Source: Pavona decussata (Eukaryota). From it: a stretch of 64,000 nucleotides of DNA. Under the pieces are notes generated by a model. The model did no database searches and was not told where the DNA came from. It saw nothing but the letters and a program-made list of their open reading frames with translations. Position 1 is the stretch's first letter. Every line of letters begins with the position of its first letter. The position numbers and the translations under genes were made by a program. Where the stretch lies: assembly GCA_977016875.1 (NCBI GenBank), contig CDRNST010000049.1, positions 6,448,001-6,512,000 on the forward strand. Direction: 5' to 3'. Below are positions 1-14,400 of the stretch, in pieces.

Positions 1-946
1 ATTTCCTAGGGGGATTATCATCACCTCTTTTGTGATCACAGGGCAAGGTTGTTTGCAATTTCAGGACTCGTTGAAAGTTCACGTGACCTTCTAAAGTTAA
101 AAATAGCCTTTTAAACTTCTTTTTAATCTTGTTTTTTTCCAATGTCCTTCCGTCATATCACAATTTAGTATTAAACAAAGTTAACCTTCCTCATGGAATG
201 GTTTCGAAGCTTGAACGCAAAACTGCGGTTTTGTGTTCTTCCAACTGATCTTACGAGTCGATAATATATTACTAGACAACGGGCATCACTTAATTTTGTA
301 GAAAATCTAATTATGATAACTCGCTGCAAGCCAGTTCAAGAGCACTTGATGTATTACGTACAGTCCAGGTCCCAGTTCTAGATCTTGGATAGCTGATTAA
401 GCTATCCTTCGATTAGGTATGAATCCACGATTATATTGATTTTCTTATCACCTGAAAACCTAATCATGGCATTGGGGGAAAAGACGATTGTTGCTACCAC
501 ACAGCTCTTAAAAAAAGGCCACAGCTGAAAAATATTATAGGGAGGCAACGGACAAGCAACAGAAAGAATGCAGCCTAGCCATGAAACAATAAAGCTGCAA
601 AATATATAGGTCTAAATGAAAAGGGTTGAAAGAACTGAGTGCTATCTGAATTAGTTCCTATCACTTGATCAAATTTAAAAGAAACCATCACACTGGTATT
701 CGCCTGCAATCGCGCGGGAAACGACCAAAAAGAAAAAAAAAAAGACGCTGGAAAAAACGCGGCTTGCACGAACGCCACGACACGATATATATTTTTTTTA
801 TTCTGACGGGAAGAAATACGTCACAAATTTAATCAATTAAACGTCCATATTTGTGGTTTTTGTTTAAAATAAACGTACATCCAGAATAAGACTAGAATGC
901 TCGCGACCCTTTCCATTATCAGGCGGCAGAATGTAATGAAGTTTTT

Positions 947-1556
947 GTCGTTGGTTTTCACGTGACGTCACCAAATTCTAGAATTCAAAACCGGGAGGCC
1001 TACAAAATTGTTACGTTCATTCAAGAAAAGATTACCTAAAAATATGTCTTTTCACCATTTCTTAGCTCGATGTCTTACTTCCTTTTAAAAATTGAACAGT
1101 TTCAATTTCCGAGTTTTCATCGTGCGTGACATCAGGAGGACGGCCGTGACAGAGCTGTTCCGTATCTTAAAAATGCTTCTTCGGGTGATTTTCAGTACTC
1201 TAAACAATTTAAGTTTGAGGAGAAATATCTATCTAAAACATTCGAAAATGCACAAGGGAAAACAAACCTCTTTTCTGGCAAAAGTGAACTCCAGATGTTT
1301 TTTTCCTATTTGCGGCCGCCATGTTGGTGCCCCTCAGAGGGACACCAACATGGCGTCTCCATACTAAGCTCTATAAGTTTGTGTGAAACATTTTGTAAAA
1401 TAACTCGAGTTTGGAATACCGCACAGACCTGACACTAGGACAGATTTCTTATTTACTTATCGTCTATAAGATGTCAATTTCTTGACTTCATTCATGGAAT
1501 GGTTTCAATTTCTTTCTCACACACACGGCAATGGCGTAACAGTGAAAACCGGCAAT
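947..1556. mobile_element. Non-autonomous DNA transposon/MITE-like interspersed repeat
   Basis: Ends ttggttttcac...gtgaaaaccggcaa are imperfect inverted repeats. The internal motif cccctcagagggacaccaacatggcgtctccatact recurs at ~5044-5079. Confidence 0.5.
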
Positions 1557-4500
1557 ACGCTGTCATACCTTTAATATCAGTTAGTTTCTTACTATAATTG
1601 ATTACGTATTTTTTCATTTGTATTACTTTTTCCCTTTCGTTTGGTTATTTTTCTTGGAAAATGTAGCACATACCTTATGTGATACTCAGAAATTCGAAGT
1701 AAAATGAAGTTTGTCATATGTATGTATGGTCAATGGAATGGAAATAATCATTCAGTTCAAATGATGTTGACTCGGTGAAGGAAAACATAAACAAAAGCTG
1801 AAAATTGAATTGGCGAGTTGATCAAAAGTAAATATGAATAAAAAACGGTGAGAAAGGAGAACTTTGATATTTTTAGTACCGTCATCAAAGGTTTTATATT
1901 GTGTCACACAAAATCAACACAAAATGAAAATTTTCTTTTACTTTCATCAAATAAAATCATCTACTCTTGTCAATCAATGTTTCAAATATATTAGGCGATC
2001 TTTCCTTCATGTATCTAATTGAATTTTCTACAAAACCTGAATTCAGAAATCCTAATTCAGTAACAATATCTCAAGTTTAGTTTTGTCTTTGCCGGGTTAG
2101 CTATCTGAAACACGTGGTTACTTCGTAAGTTACATGTCTTCTAGCAACAGGAGCTTTGCGAATAATGGCGATAAAAGGTGAAAAATTTCATTAGGATTTA
2201 TGAGCGGCGACATGGATACAGAAATGTATAAACAAGCGCTTTGTGGGCTTGATTTTGAGTAAAGAGCTTTGTACCAGTGAATAATTTGTTCCGGCATAGG
2301 ATTGGGGATCTGTCGAAAACCGAAACACTTAAAAACGAAGACGTTAGAGCTTATAACTGGAAATTGATACTTTCGATAATCGTAATTATAAACGAAGTAC
2401 CTTGAAATTCGAAAACGAAGCATCCCAAATTCTGGAGCTTGAAAATGAAATCAGAGCTCGTTTGTTCAGCTTGTTGTAAGTTGTTTAGCAGTGGATATCT
2501 CTTTGCTACTGTTTCTTGCATATTTAGCTATGGAAACATTCATTAAATAAAAGTTAACTAATGCAGCTGAGAATTAAAACGGTCAAAGTTTAGGATCGGT
2601 TACTCATTTGACATTTTTATGATTGTTTGGGTATCACGTGACGATCATCGAGCTGAAAATAACAGCGGCTTCCGGTGTCAAAATATTTAAACACGCTTCC
2701 TCAGCACAATATTTCAATTTGTCTTGGTCTTTAGTGGCCACAGTTTTGGTTCAAAGAAATCTTTGATGCAAGTGGGAAGAAACATGCTGGCAACCAACGC
2801 TCGGTGTCAGATTTAAGCCACTCCTTGATAGCAACTGAAGGTAAATATTGTACTGAAGTAATAACATTTATAACATGTGGCATATCATGATACCTATACA
2901 AATATTACTGAACTATCGATCTGTCTTTACCCGACACTTACAGTTTGTAATATGCATCAGTTGTGATAATTTGCTTTTGCAAAACACGTTATAAGATTAA
3001 ACTGGATATTCAGGCTGGATAACTTGATAATTGTTTGTCTTTAAATTTCTTAGCTCCAAAATGATCATTTCAACATAAAGCCTGATTAAACTGAAGGAAA
3101 AACGTCAAGAAGGATCAATTTTGAACAGAAGCCATTTCCTGTACTAGAAGAACTTGAACGGGTATTGTTTTACGTATAAAAAGATATATCGGTTCAAACG
3201 TTTTACCTATTCTTTGTGTAATTTATTGCACTCTGTTGTTTTACTATTTCCACAAAACAGAAACTGGCTTATTCTTCAAAATCACATCATGTCTAACATA
3301 ATTCAATTTCACTTCTCAACCCCGAAAAGGACAGCTAGCTCGTAAATTCGGTGAATGAAGTTTCCGTTTCCTAAAATTTCTCGGGAATTCAAATTTTCGG
3401 CTAAACGGAATTCGAACAAATTCTGTGTTAGCTTACACAAATTTGCGTTTTATAAGGCCATAAGATGATATGGCGATGAAGGAACCAGCGATTTAATTTT
3501 TTGGGTCTCATGTTTTCGTTGAGTAACACCTCTTTCTTCGTTACTGGAAATTTAAAGCCAGTGTCCCGACTAACAAATCAATTCTTAGTTTATGAGGGAG
3601 CCTAGTTTGGAAAACCAGTTAAACTGAATGACTTTACAAGGCATGCATTTAGTATTGAACTTAATTGTAAAGGATATTTATGAAATCGAATCGATGAAAA
3701 AGGTTACTTTCTTGCCTGTGATGGGGCTTTTTGGGTACACTTTTAACTGCACTTATTTATGTACTCATCGCTTAAAAGAGACCACATTCTTAATTCAGTC
3801 TGAAGTCTTTTCCAACTTTACCGGAGCATTTTTAGTTCCAGCAACTATATACCTGCCTGGACTCGATCGAGTTGCTATCGCCTTGTATAAGTGGCCATAT
3901 TTTTGTTTCAAACGGCCATACGATATTTTTTATCGCGTATAAACTTGAAAGAAGAATTTTTTTTTGTCTTTTCAGGATGTTTCTATTTATTGGGGGTTTA
4001 CACAAGCACATTTTGTAACGTCTTTAGTTTCGAAATATAGGAAGACGGAATGGCAATACCGAAAGATTGGTTCTAAGGTGTCGTGCACAGGGTACCCAAC
4101 TATTCATCTCGTCGTGAAAGGCATCACCCGCCTGAGAAATTCAGAGCAGCGAAAAGTCACCGCAGATTTTTGAAGCACTGAAATCTAAAAATATCTGAAA
4201 ACATGTTTTTTTTTTTAAAGTAAGAATAAGAACCGCTAGCATTTTCAAAAAGCCAAAAACAGCTCGGAAAATTCTTGAAATTAGTTTCCGTTCTTTAGGA
4301 TTTTCAGCCATTTAAATTTTCAGTAAAATTATTAATCAGAACAAATTAAACTCTGTTGGATTACAATCATTTGCTTTAAAAGGCCATAAATCCATCTGAG
4401 AATACAAGTTTTCTCGTTAGATTCCCTTGAATAGTGCGAGGAATACTTTCATATTAGTTTAAATAAATGTAAGAATACCTAGGCTATGGTGTTCTATTGT

Positions 4501-5549
4501 CCTTGTGGCTCAAATCGTAACAGCAAATTTTATTGCCGAATGTGAAAGGTTTACGCGGCCGTTTACTCAACGTGATAAGAGGAAAAATATAGGGTAATGT
4601 ACGTACAATAAAGTGCAACACAAAACCCGTAACATCACTAAAATTTACCCTTTTGAGCCATAAGGATGACGATATAGAAAAAATGAGGTAATCTTAATGT
4701 CGATTTTGAGTTTGGATATTTTTTTTTATGTATTTCACAGCCGGTTTATCTAGTGAGTGAGTGAGTGAGTGAGTGACTGAGTCATTCAATGACTGAGTTA
4801 TCAACTTATATAATCCGTCAGGAATGCAGTCATTTAGTTAGTAGTTTACCACTTAAAGTTTTTTCTAATTGCAAAGGTGAAATTGTTTCATTGATTTCTT
4901 GGGAAAGTAATTAGACTAAATATTCAAGGATGAGAACATATCCGGAAAAAACTTACAAGCTGACTACCAAAGTATTCTAGGTTAAATTTAGTACGGAGTA
5001 CTAATACTAGAAAATGCCAGGATTCAGGCTATATAAAGAAGTGCCCCTCAGAGGGACACAAACATGGTATCTCCATACTGTGTACTAATGTTTTGTAGAC
5101 TAACGGTCAAGGACTAGAACATAACGGCAAACTTACAAGCTGACTACGAAACTATTCTAGACCCGAGTTAGTGAAAGTTATCTTAAAAAAGTTCAGTGTT
5201 CACGAGTCATCGGTGCACAGTTTAAGTAATCTCTTGTATCCCAACTCAAGTCTAAGAGCAAAATAACATCAGCTGCTTTTCTGGAGTTGAACATTTTCCT
5301 TTAAATAACGAAAAAATAAAAAAGTGAAATATGTATTGCGAACGAAACCCTTTCTAGTGATATCCATTGATAGTACTAAGTTGTTTTATGAAAGCGATTA
5401 TGGATAAAAATCATAATATGGGGAGAGAAAGGATAATGAACAATTTACCTTCTGGAAATCGATTCTATCAAACTTTCTTTCCTTCTAGGTACGTCTTTTG
5501 TGTAACAGAAGTACATTTGATAGGTTCTGCGCTCATCATCTACGCGAAA

Positions 5550-8430
5550 ATGGTGGATAGAAAGTTAGCAGTTCTAGTGTTTCACGTGCAAGAGCTTAGC
5601 ATTGCCAAAGAACAGGAGGACAGAGCGGGGGAGGGAAGAGCCTATGCTAATCTGGGCGATGCTTATATCCAACTGGGAGATTTTCAACAGGCCATAGAGT
5701 GTTATACGAAATCACTAAATATTGCCAAAGAACAGGGGAACAGAGCGGCGGAGGGAAGAGCCTATAACAATCTGGGCGTTGCTTATTACCAACTGGGAGA
5801 TTTTCAACAAGTCATAGAATGTTACAAGCATTCATTAGATATTGTCAAAGAGGTTGGGTAGAGGGAATGGGAAGGAGATATCTGTTACAATCTGGCCAAT
5901 GCATATTACTTTCTGGATGATTTCCAAAAAGCGATAGAGTATTACACGAAATCGCTTGGTTTTGCCAAAGGGGGTGGGGGACAGTATTTTGCAGGTAAAA
6001 ATCTATCAAAATCTGGACCTTACTTATTACAGTCTGGGCGATTTTAAACAAGCCGTAGAGTGTCACAACAAAGATCTTGGCATTTCTAAAGCACTGGGGG
6101 ACAGGGATAACGAGGGAAGAGCTTATGGCAATCTGGGCATTGCGCATAGCAAACTGGGTAATTTTAAACAAGCCATAGAATACCACAAACAGCAACTTAG
6201 TATTGCTAGAGATGTAGGTGACAGGGCTGCAGAGGGAAAGGCCTATGGCAATTTGGGCATCGCTCATCGCGGAATGGGTAGTTTCAAACAAGCGGTAGAG
6301 TACCTCGAACAAGATCTTAGCATTGCTAAAGAAGTAGGGGACAGGACAGGAGAGGGAGTAACCTATGGTAATCTGGGCAATGCTTATTACGGTCTGGGTA
6401 ATTTGAAACAAGCCATAGAGTACCACAAACAACATCTTATAATTAATATTGCTAAAGAAGTAGGGGACAGGGCTAGAGAGGGAATAGCCTATTGTAACCT
6501 GGGCAGTGATTATCACGGTTTGGGTAATTTTAGACAAGCCATAGAGTACTTCAAGCAATATCTTACTACTACTGGACAGAGCTGGGGAGGGAACAGCCTA
6601 TGGCAATCTAGGCGATGCTTATAACAGTGTGCTTAATTTCAAACAAGCCATAGAGTACCAGCAAAAACATCTTCGCGTTGCAAAACACGTTGGGAGCAAG
6701 GTTGGGGAGGGACAAGCCTATGCCAGGCTGGGCTCTGCTTATTACCTCCTGGGGGATTTTGAGAAAGCCGTAGAGTATTACAAACAATATCTTAGTATTA
6801 TTAAAGAGATAGGCGACAGGGCGGGAGAAGGAAAAGCTCAAAAATTTCTAGGCGATGCCTACCGCAGTCCTGGTAATTCTAAAGATGCCATAGAGTACCA
6901 CAAAAAATCCCTTAGTATTGCAAAAGAAGTAGGGAACATGGTTGGGGAGGGAGAGGCATACTGTTCGCTAGGTCTTGATTATGAATCGTCTGTTTCTCTT
7001 TCTGAGGCGATTGATTGTTATCAATCGAGTATAAGAGTCTTGGAGAAAACAAGAACTCTTCTTCAGTCCGAAGATGCATGGAAAATAAGCTTCCGGGATC
7101 TCCATCGGTCTGTGTATACCGCTCTATGGAGAACTCTTTTGAAGAATGGGAATTGTGTGCAGCTGAGCAGGGACGAGCACAGGCTTTGATGAATATGTTG
7201 AAGAGACAATATGTTGTTGACTCAAAACTATCCGCGTCTGATGATCCTAACGAAATGATTTCTATTTTGCTAAACGATTTAACTACACAAACAGTTTTTT
7301 AGCACTTAATGAAAGTTCTCATAAAGACAAGATCCATTTTTGGGTGCTGAGAAAAGGCAGAGAGGTTCTGTCTACGCAGTGGGAGATCGAACATGGAGAT
7401 GCCTCTATGTTAATGAAAGCTACCTTGAAAGAGATTGGCGCAGGTGTTCGTGTCAAATGCGAGAATCGTTCAATGGACGAGCTCAGGGATGAGCCCCTAT
7501 CGACCAGAGAAGTTGTTGAGGAAACGACCAGTCATGGAGTTCCTCCGTCAATTCTTTGCGCTCACTGTATGATGTTATTATTGGCCCCATTGCAGACTTG
7601 CTCCAAGGAGACCAGTTAATCGTTATACCGGATGGTCCACTTTGCTTGGCTCCGTATTCTGCATTGAGTGAATCAATCAGGATTCGCACTGTTCCCTCGC
7701 TGACCGCCTTACAACTAATCGCAAGCGCACCTGACAACTTCCACAGGAAGAGTGGAGCCCTACTTGTGGGAGATCCATGTTTAGATGAAGTTCCCATGAA
7801 TTTATCACAGTTGCCTTACGCCAAAAAAGAGGTCAAGATGATTGGAAAACTTCTGAAGACGACACCTCTGACAGGCAAAGATGCATCTAAAGATGAAGTG
7901 GTGAAGAGACTCAAGTCATTTGTTTTGGTGCACATTGCCGCACATGGATGTGCGCAATCTGGAGAAATTGTCTTGACCCCAAACGCTGATCGCTCATCCC
8001 GGATCCCCAGAAAACAAGACTACATTTTAACAATGTCAGATGTGCAAGCGGTTTGTCTGAGAACAAGGCTCGCTGTCCTGAGCTGCTGTCACAGTGGCCG
8101 GGGAGAGGTCAAGTCCGAGGGTGTGGTCGGAATAGCACGATCTTTCTTGTGTGCTGGTGCTCGGTCTGTTCTTGTGTCACTCTGGGCGATTGATGACGAG
8201 GCAACCATGGTGTTCATGAAAAGTTTCTATCAACACCTTGCAGAGGGGAAAAGCGCTAGTGTGGCTCAACACCTTGCAGAGGGGAAAAGCGCTAGTGTGG
8301 CTCTTCACCAGGCTATGAAATCTCTTCGTGAGTCAGAGGAATTCATTGCCGTGAAGTATTGGGCTCCATGTGTTCTGATTGGTGATGACGTCACACTTCA
8401 ATTTGGAGAGAAAAACAATAAAAGTGAATG
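5550..8430 (+). pseudogene. TPR-CHAT protein (TTC28-like; about 13 TPR repeats plus C-terminal CHAT caspase-like domain), disrupted
   Basis: ATG 5550 (MVDRKLAVL..QELSIAKE). 40-aa repeats GDRAGEGRAYGNLGxAYxxLGDFKQAIEYH. CHAT motifs [37 protein letters not shown]. In-frame TAG at 5859-5861 and frameshifts near 5975, 6570, 7150, 7300 and 7535. Upstream acceptor ttctag ~5489; donor gtaagt at 8431. Confidence 0.9.
8231..8302 (+). repeat. 36-bp perfect in-frame tandem duplication in the CHAT domain ([12 protein letters not shown] x2)
   Basis: caacaccttgcagaggggaaaagcgctagtgtggct occurs at 8231-8266 and 8267-8302. Confidence 0.95.
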
Positions 8431-11400
8431 GTAAGTGTTGTTTTCGAAAAAATGTTTTTTTTCTTTTGGTAAATAACTTGACTAAAGAAACAGCTCAACA
8501 CTTGTCCATGAAGGGATTTTGAAATTAATTGTTTCCGAGCCGTTTAGTGATACTTTTTAAAGCGGCTTTAACTTTCTATAGTCGATGTCCGTAGAAGAAA
8601 GACCATGGCCGTTGTGTATACGTTCGCTACTTGGGAAAAGGAAGACTAACAAAAGCAGTGACAGGTTTTGTTCTCTCGCTTTCAAAGCACCTCTAGGAAC
8701 TATTTTTATTATAATTTTCCAGAGCATATATTAACTCCTTTATATTAAGAGTAGATGTTAAAACGTAATTTACATATACAAACCATGTAATCTCGAAATA
8801 AGCATCTTTTATTTGTACTGCCTGCTAAGTTATCCCTCGTGGCGGGTGCTAGAACGAGAAGAGAACAGTGGAACTTGAAGCGAAGTGCGTGTGGTAAGCT
8901 CGGAACGCAAAAGGGGAAAGAAGGAAAGGGGGAGGGAAAAAAAGTCCTTTTCTCTCTCCTCCGCTCTCTCCTTGCACCGTTTGGGCTTCCTAATCTTTTC
9001 TTCTTTCACTATTTCTAGCCTCTGACACCGAGGGGATTCTGAACGCTGTAGCTCAAAAATCAACGACATGTTGCATTGTTACACTGCTTTTAAGCAATTA
9101 TTTTAAACCGGCAGTCTCAAGAAAAACCCTTTCAATATCTGTGGACTGCGTTAATTTAGTAAGATTTCAATAGAGTGTTTTAAGATTGATTGGAATGATC
9201 ATAAAAAACTGAACAAATCGCCCAGGGAAAAGAGTTTTAAGAGGAAATGGAAGGTGGTCTCACAATATTGTTTTTCCTTGCTTGTCATCTGTCCTTGACC
9301 CCCCAACAAGCTAAGCGCCTGAAAAGGCTAAGGTTTATTTGGTTGTCGTAGTAACTATGATTGGAGGAAGTGCCAGATTAAAACCTTATCTATATTTTGA
9401 ACATTACATTTTGCGAGTCCTTTTCTCTATCGTTTTTATGATTTTGTTCTTGCTATTTTTGTCTTTATCTGTCAATCAAACCTCAGGTATGCCATCTATT
9501 TAAAGTCTTCAAGAAAGGTTTTTGAAATTAAGGAATGACAACCTTGAAATCATAATTTTCCTGGTTCTTTTGTTCGGCAGATGCTGCATCGTCAAGACAA
9601 TTAAGAGAGGACTACTCGGTGAGAATGTGACGCATACATGACACCAAGTTTGGTTTAATTCAATTATTACGGCTGTTAGTATAGATCGTTCAATCCAATA
9701 GATGCGGAAAACTGAATGCCCATACATGCTTTGGTCAAGAAACGAAAAATAGAACAATTTAAATCGCCGTGACCATGCAGCAAGTGCCGTCTCACTTTTT
9801 GACGTATATGTGGAGAAATAGACAGTAATGAGCTTGTTTTCATGCATTTTTCTTATCTTTAATTTCATGAATTTATTAGCTGTAACTTTGCTATTTCATT
9901 GTCAGGATGAGAAGACTGGAAGTAGTGCGTCTTCTCTCAATAGTATTCTAACTGAAGTGCCAACAGTGTAGATATATTTACATAAATTTTGAGGCCATTG
10001 CATTATTTAATCAGTCGAAAGATTAACGAGGACTCACATTTTACCGAAATTTTAATTTAGAACTGACAAGTGATATTACGTAAGGCAAATAAGACGGCGT
10101 ATTTACCTATTTTGCATGCAAAGAAAAACTTTAATCTTGAAATACATATGAAAAGGAACTAACAAGTGAAAATTTGTAACGTTCTCAAAGCACGGAAAGA
10201 TGGAGAATTTGTCGTTTCCTTCAGTCGACCTTGGAAAGTGTCATTTATTTTATAGAAAATAACGTAGTCATGAAGAGGTACTTGTGATTTTAAGTAATTT
10301 GGGTTTCATGGTTGTGGGAACTCAAAACAATCCATGAACACTAAGAACTCGGTTTACATTTTGAAATAGACATGTAACTTGTGATAGAAATTTGCTAACT
10401 GAGACCAAGTGACATCTCTTTCGGGGACTTTTCTTAGACTAATAGCATAACCCAGCGACCGGCTGAAAAACTCGCAATATGATTGGCTTAGCGACCACGT
10501 TCAAACTTTCGAAAGACTCCCCTGGGTGCTCGTGGAAGAAAAATTGCTAAACCAACTAATAAGGAATAACCCATCGTACAGAATTTGCTGTTGATGGATA
10601 GATTGGTCAGCTGGTTATGCTGATAATCAGACAGCTCGCTATCGCATTCTATCTATTTAGTGTGGTGCAACTGGATAAGCTAATAGAAAACTAATAAGTC
10701 AAGGGGCAAGAATTATGTAGTCATTGTTTGAGAGTGGACAGGGGTCCGTTTCTTAAAACTCCCGAAGACTGAGTCGGGCCTGAGGAGCACTTTTGAAATT
10801 CGTTTTCTGGCGATCGTTGGCAGTTTTTAGTGAAAATAAACTCAATGTGTTTCTTGCTATTGTAAAGATTTTAACGTTTTATCATTAAAACTCATTAAAC
10901 ATAGGCTTTCTGGTAAACTAAATTTTTACTCGTAAAATAGTTTTTTGGGTCCGTAATGTTTTTGGTAAGTTTGGCGAAAAGCATGCCAAGGCCTAGTTGT
11001 TTGAAGTCGATTAACTTAAATCTGGGTTGAGAGATAAGGTAGGCTTTTGTTCCTTTTGTGCAGAAGCATTTTGTTTGTTTGTCTGTTTGTTGTTTGTTTA
11101 TTTTAAAATCGCAAAGTTGAGTCACTTATGCCCAGAAATGCACCTAACCCTGATTTTGGGTACTTTATATAAGACAGATCTTTTTGTCATTTTCATATGA
11201 CTTCATGCTTGACAGAATTATTTGTGTTTTGGTAAGAATTTATGCCTATCATACAGTTCATGCATCTCATCAGCGTGCATTTCTGGAAATATCACGTTTC
11301 AGTAGAAGCAAGCAAGGAACTCAGCAGACAAGCAAACAAACAAGTAAGGGGGTGTTTACATGGAACCATCACGACTTTCACACGTGTACGAGTTCATGCC

Positions 11401-14400
11401 GGTTCCCTGTTGTGCCTTTGTATTTGTTTACTTGGAACTGGCAAACGTATTTTGGTTTCATGTAAAGTGTCGCAACTGTTCATTTCAAACTTTGTTACGC
11501 TTCTCTGCCATATCTTTATACCGGGATCAACTCATCCCCTCATTAAACCGATTTGATGTAGTCGTGGCATGAAGCCAGTTCATTTCTGCTGAACAAGAAT
11601 GAAGTCATACCGGCACCATGACAACAGCCCCCTTAACAGCGCAATCATAGAGTGTAGCTTGTACAATAAGTGTAACTTACTTAAGAATTTGTAATAAAGT
11701 GTTTAAATTTATTGAGCAATATTGTCCTTGTTAATTGAAATATTGCTGTCGATGTTTGTGCTGAATACCTCCCGGGCACCGGGTTATGTTTTCTTAAGGT
11801 TGGAAAACAGACTTGCTTATACCTCTTGCCTTTGCACCTGGTTATGTTTCCTTAAGAGTTGCTTACAGGTATGTTTCTTGGGAAGCAAAATGAAGAAAGA
11901 AAACTTGGCCTTGAAGTACTCGGAAGGAGCGCGGAGTTCATGATCAGCGCCGAAATCGAGACGTGGTCTTTAATCCTTAATTTATTACAATTTTTTTTCA
12001 AAGATCTCACGATCAGTCAAGTTTCAAGTCGACTTCAATAGAAATACAACTGGATGAATTGATGAGGTTTCAGGCCCCTCTGGAGGCTGCTATCAGTACT
12101 TTGTTTGACCTTACTCTACTCCGACCTCCCCCCCTCCTTTAAAGAAGTAATGCGCGATAATAAAACTCATCACACCCAAGGTTTGTCATACCTTCAGTTG
12201 TTCTTTTATGTTTACAATATGGAGACAGGACCATACATTCTACTTGACCATCCGGTCCACGCAAAGGTCTAAGCATTCAAGATGGCCAGCAAACGTGGGA
12301 TTTTTATTAATTGATGACCATAAGAAGTGATCGATTTTTGTCGGCATGAGAGTATAAGAATTTGGACAGTGATTACGTCCGAGCAGCACTGGGAACTAGC
12401 TATGGGGACAGCGTGACGAATGCGTGACCTCATGCAAGAAGCACGAGCATTGTCTAAAACGGTTGCCATTTTGATTCCAACGTTGGTTGGCGCTTCCTAC
12501 AGTTAGCAACAGTTGTATTAAGCGGCAGCATTGAATAGCATCAATTCCCCAATAAGTTAGCATAATTTATTGCCTGATGATTACGGAGAACTTTGTCCAA
12601 TTTGCAAGAATGTCAATTTGCAGCTGGCGTTCAGTCTCACGGGACCAATGAAAACCGACAGTCATATTTTGCAGAACGCCGAACGCCGAACGTCGCATTT
12701 AACGCCATCTACAACAGTTTAGGGTTAAACAACGAATGATGGTAGTTTACTTTTATGGATCGGCATTCGACGTCCTGCAAAATGCCATCGGCGGAATGAA
12801 TACAGTTTCCCGCTTGCAATTCCAAGGTTCTAACTTCAGTTTACAACTGTTTACATGTTGTGAGCATTAAATTCAAATCATCAAAGAGTCCGTCACAACA
12901 GATCCACGTAGATTACGTTTGCAGGCAAGATGTACTAAACTAAATTTATAATTATTGAGTCATACGTTGAGTTGAAAACCGCAAAGAATTGATCACGTAG
13001 CCCAGGGAGGGGTGGGGGGGAGGGGGTGGGTACTCCCCAGGACAAGCTCTATAGGTATGTTTTGCTCCAAAAGGCATCGTTTTGAGACGATTTGCTCTGC
13101 ATAGGGTATGTAAGGTCAAATGAACCAAAATTTTTAATGTACCACATATTTTAACGACATTAACTGAAAATGTACATGATACTCCAAATAAATGATGTGA
13201 TGAATTCGAAGTTTTAGACTAATTGGACTTAATGTTGCGGAGATATTGGAAGTTGAAAAATGCAAGCCTTGGTCCTCCATCTTCGTAGCGTGGTCGGATT
13301 TTGTCGGCTGATTGTCGGATTAAAACAATAGTGACGTCATTATTGACTATCCCGAGGACTTTTGTTGTGTCCTCACTGTGAAAAGGTTCGCATAGCCTGA
13401 AATGCTCTACAACGTGGCTACCAACTAAGCTGCAAGCATGCGCAACGGACACATATACGGATTAAAAATGGTGGCAGATCATAAAGACAATGATGGGGAA
13501 ATTATAAACTATTGCATTTTTTGTCCTTGTCGCCGAAAATGCAACTTTACCCAGCTCAAAAATCGATAAATTATCTATTGAACAACACGTCGAATAAAAC
13601 GTCAGGGTAAAATCATGCTAGGCATTGCCTTTTTCGAACGAAATAAACTCGTAAATGAACACAATATCCTCTTACTAACCTCTTACAACCCAAAAAGCTG
13701 GATTTTAGCGAATGAGACACACGGCAGGTTGGAGCCATTAGTGAAGCAAAAATGCTCCTAGAACCGCTTTATTTTTTTTCAGCTTTGGCAGCCATTTTGA
13801 TTTTTCTCGGTTTCTTGGTCAGTTGTATTCCCTGTAGGAGGTACCGAAGCCGCTGAAAAAAGAACTGGCCGAATTTCGAAAAAAAGCGGGAAGAAACGGA
13901 AAGATCAGTTTCGTGCATCAACAAGCCATGACAAGCCGATAAATGCTTTAGTCACAATATTCAATGTTCCTTTTGTCCTGTGCTCAGTACCCTTTCTACT
14001 TCACAAAAAAGAACCTCTCTTTGTTGCTGGTCGATTCTTTAAAAATTCAGCGGCACTCACATCTTTAAAAGCCTTGTAAAATGCCCCACTTACTCTTTTA
14101 TTCAAGCTGGCCACCATTTTCAATCCGCGCCTGCGACGCAAACCGCTTGCCGTCTAGGATTTCTGGTTATGCACTTTTTAGGTCGTTTCTTCACTCTTAA
14201 TATCTTGAAATGTTTTTCAGGTTTGCTTTTACCAATCAAGTCTTTAAGCGATTTTCCTTTTCTATAAGAGATTCCTCTCTTCCAAGGAGTACTCGACAGT
14301 TTGAACAGTGGACATTCAAGAGTTCACGGCGAAGAAATTACGCTCCGACGACATCGCAAATCGATCACAAATCATCACTGGCATGACGGACTTAGTCGAA

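Noticed and set aside
5845-6841. Long minus-strand ORFs
   Set aside because: Antisense shadows of the TPR repeats
9584-9950. Possible small 3' exons of the TPR-CHAT gene (~9581-9618, ~9906-9951)
   Set aside because: Splice-like signals are present but there is no protein homology to support them without transcript data
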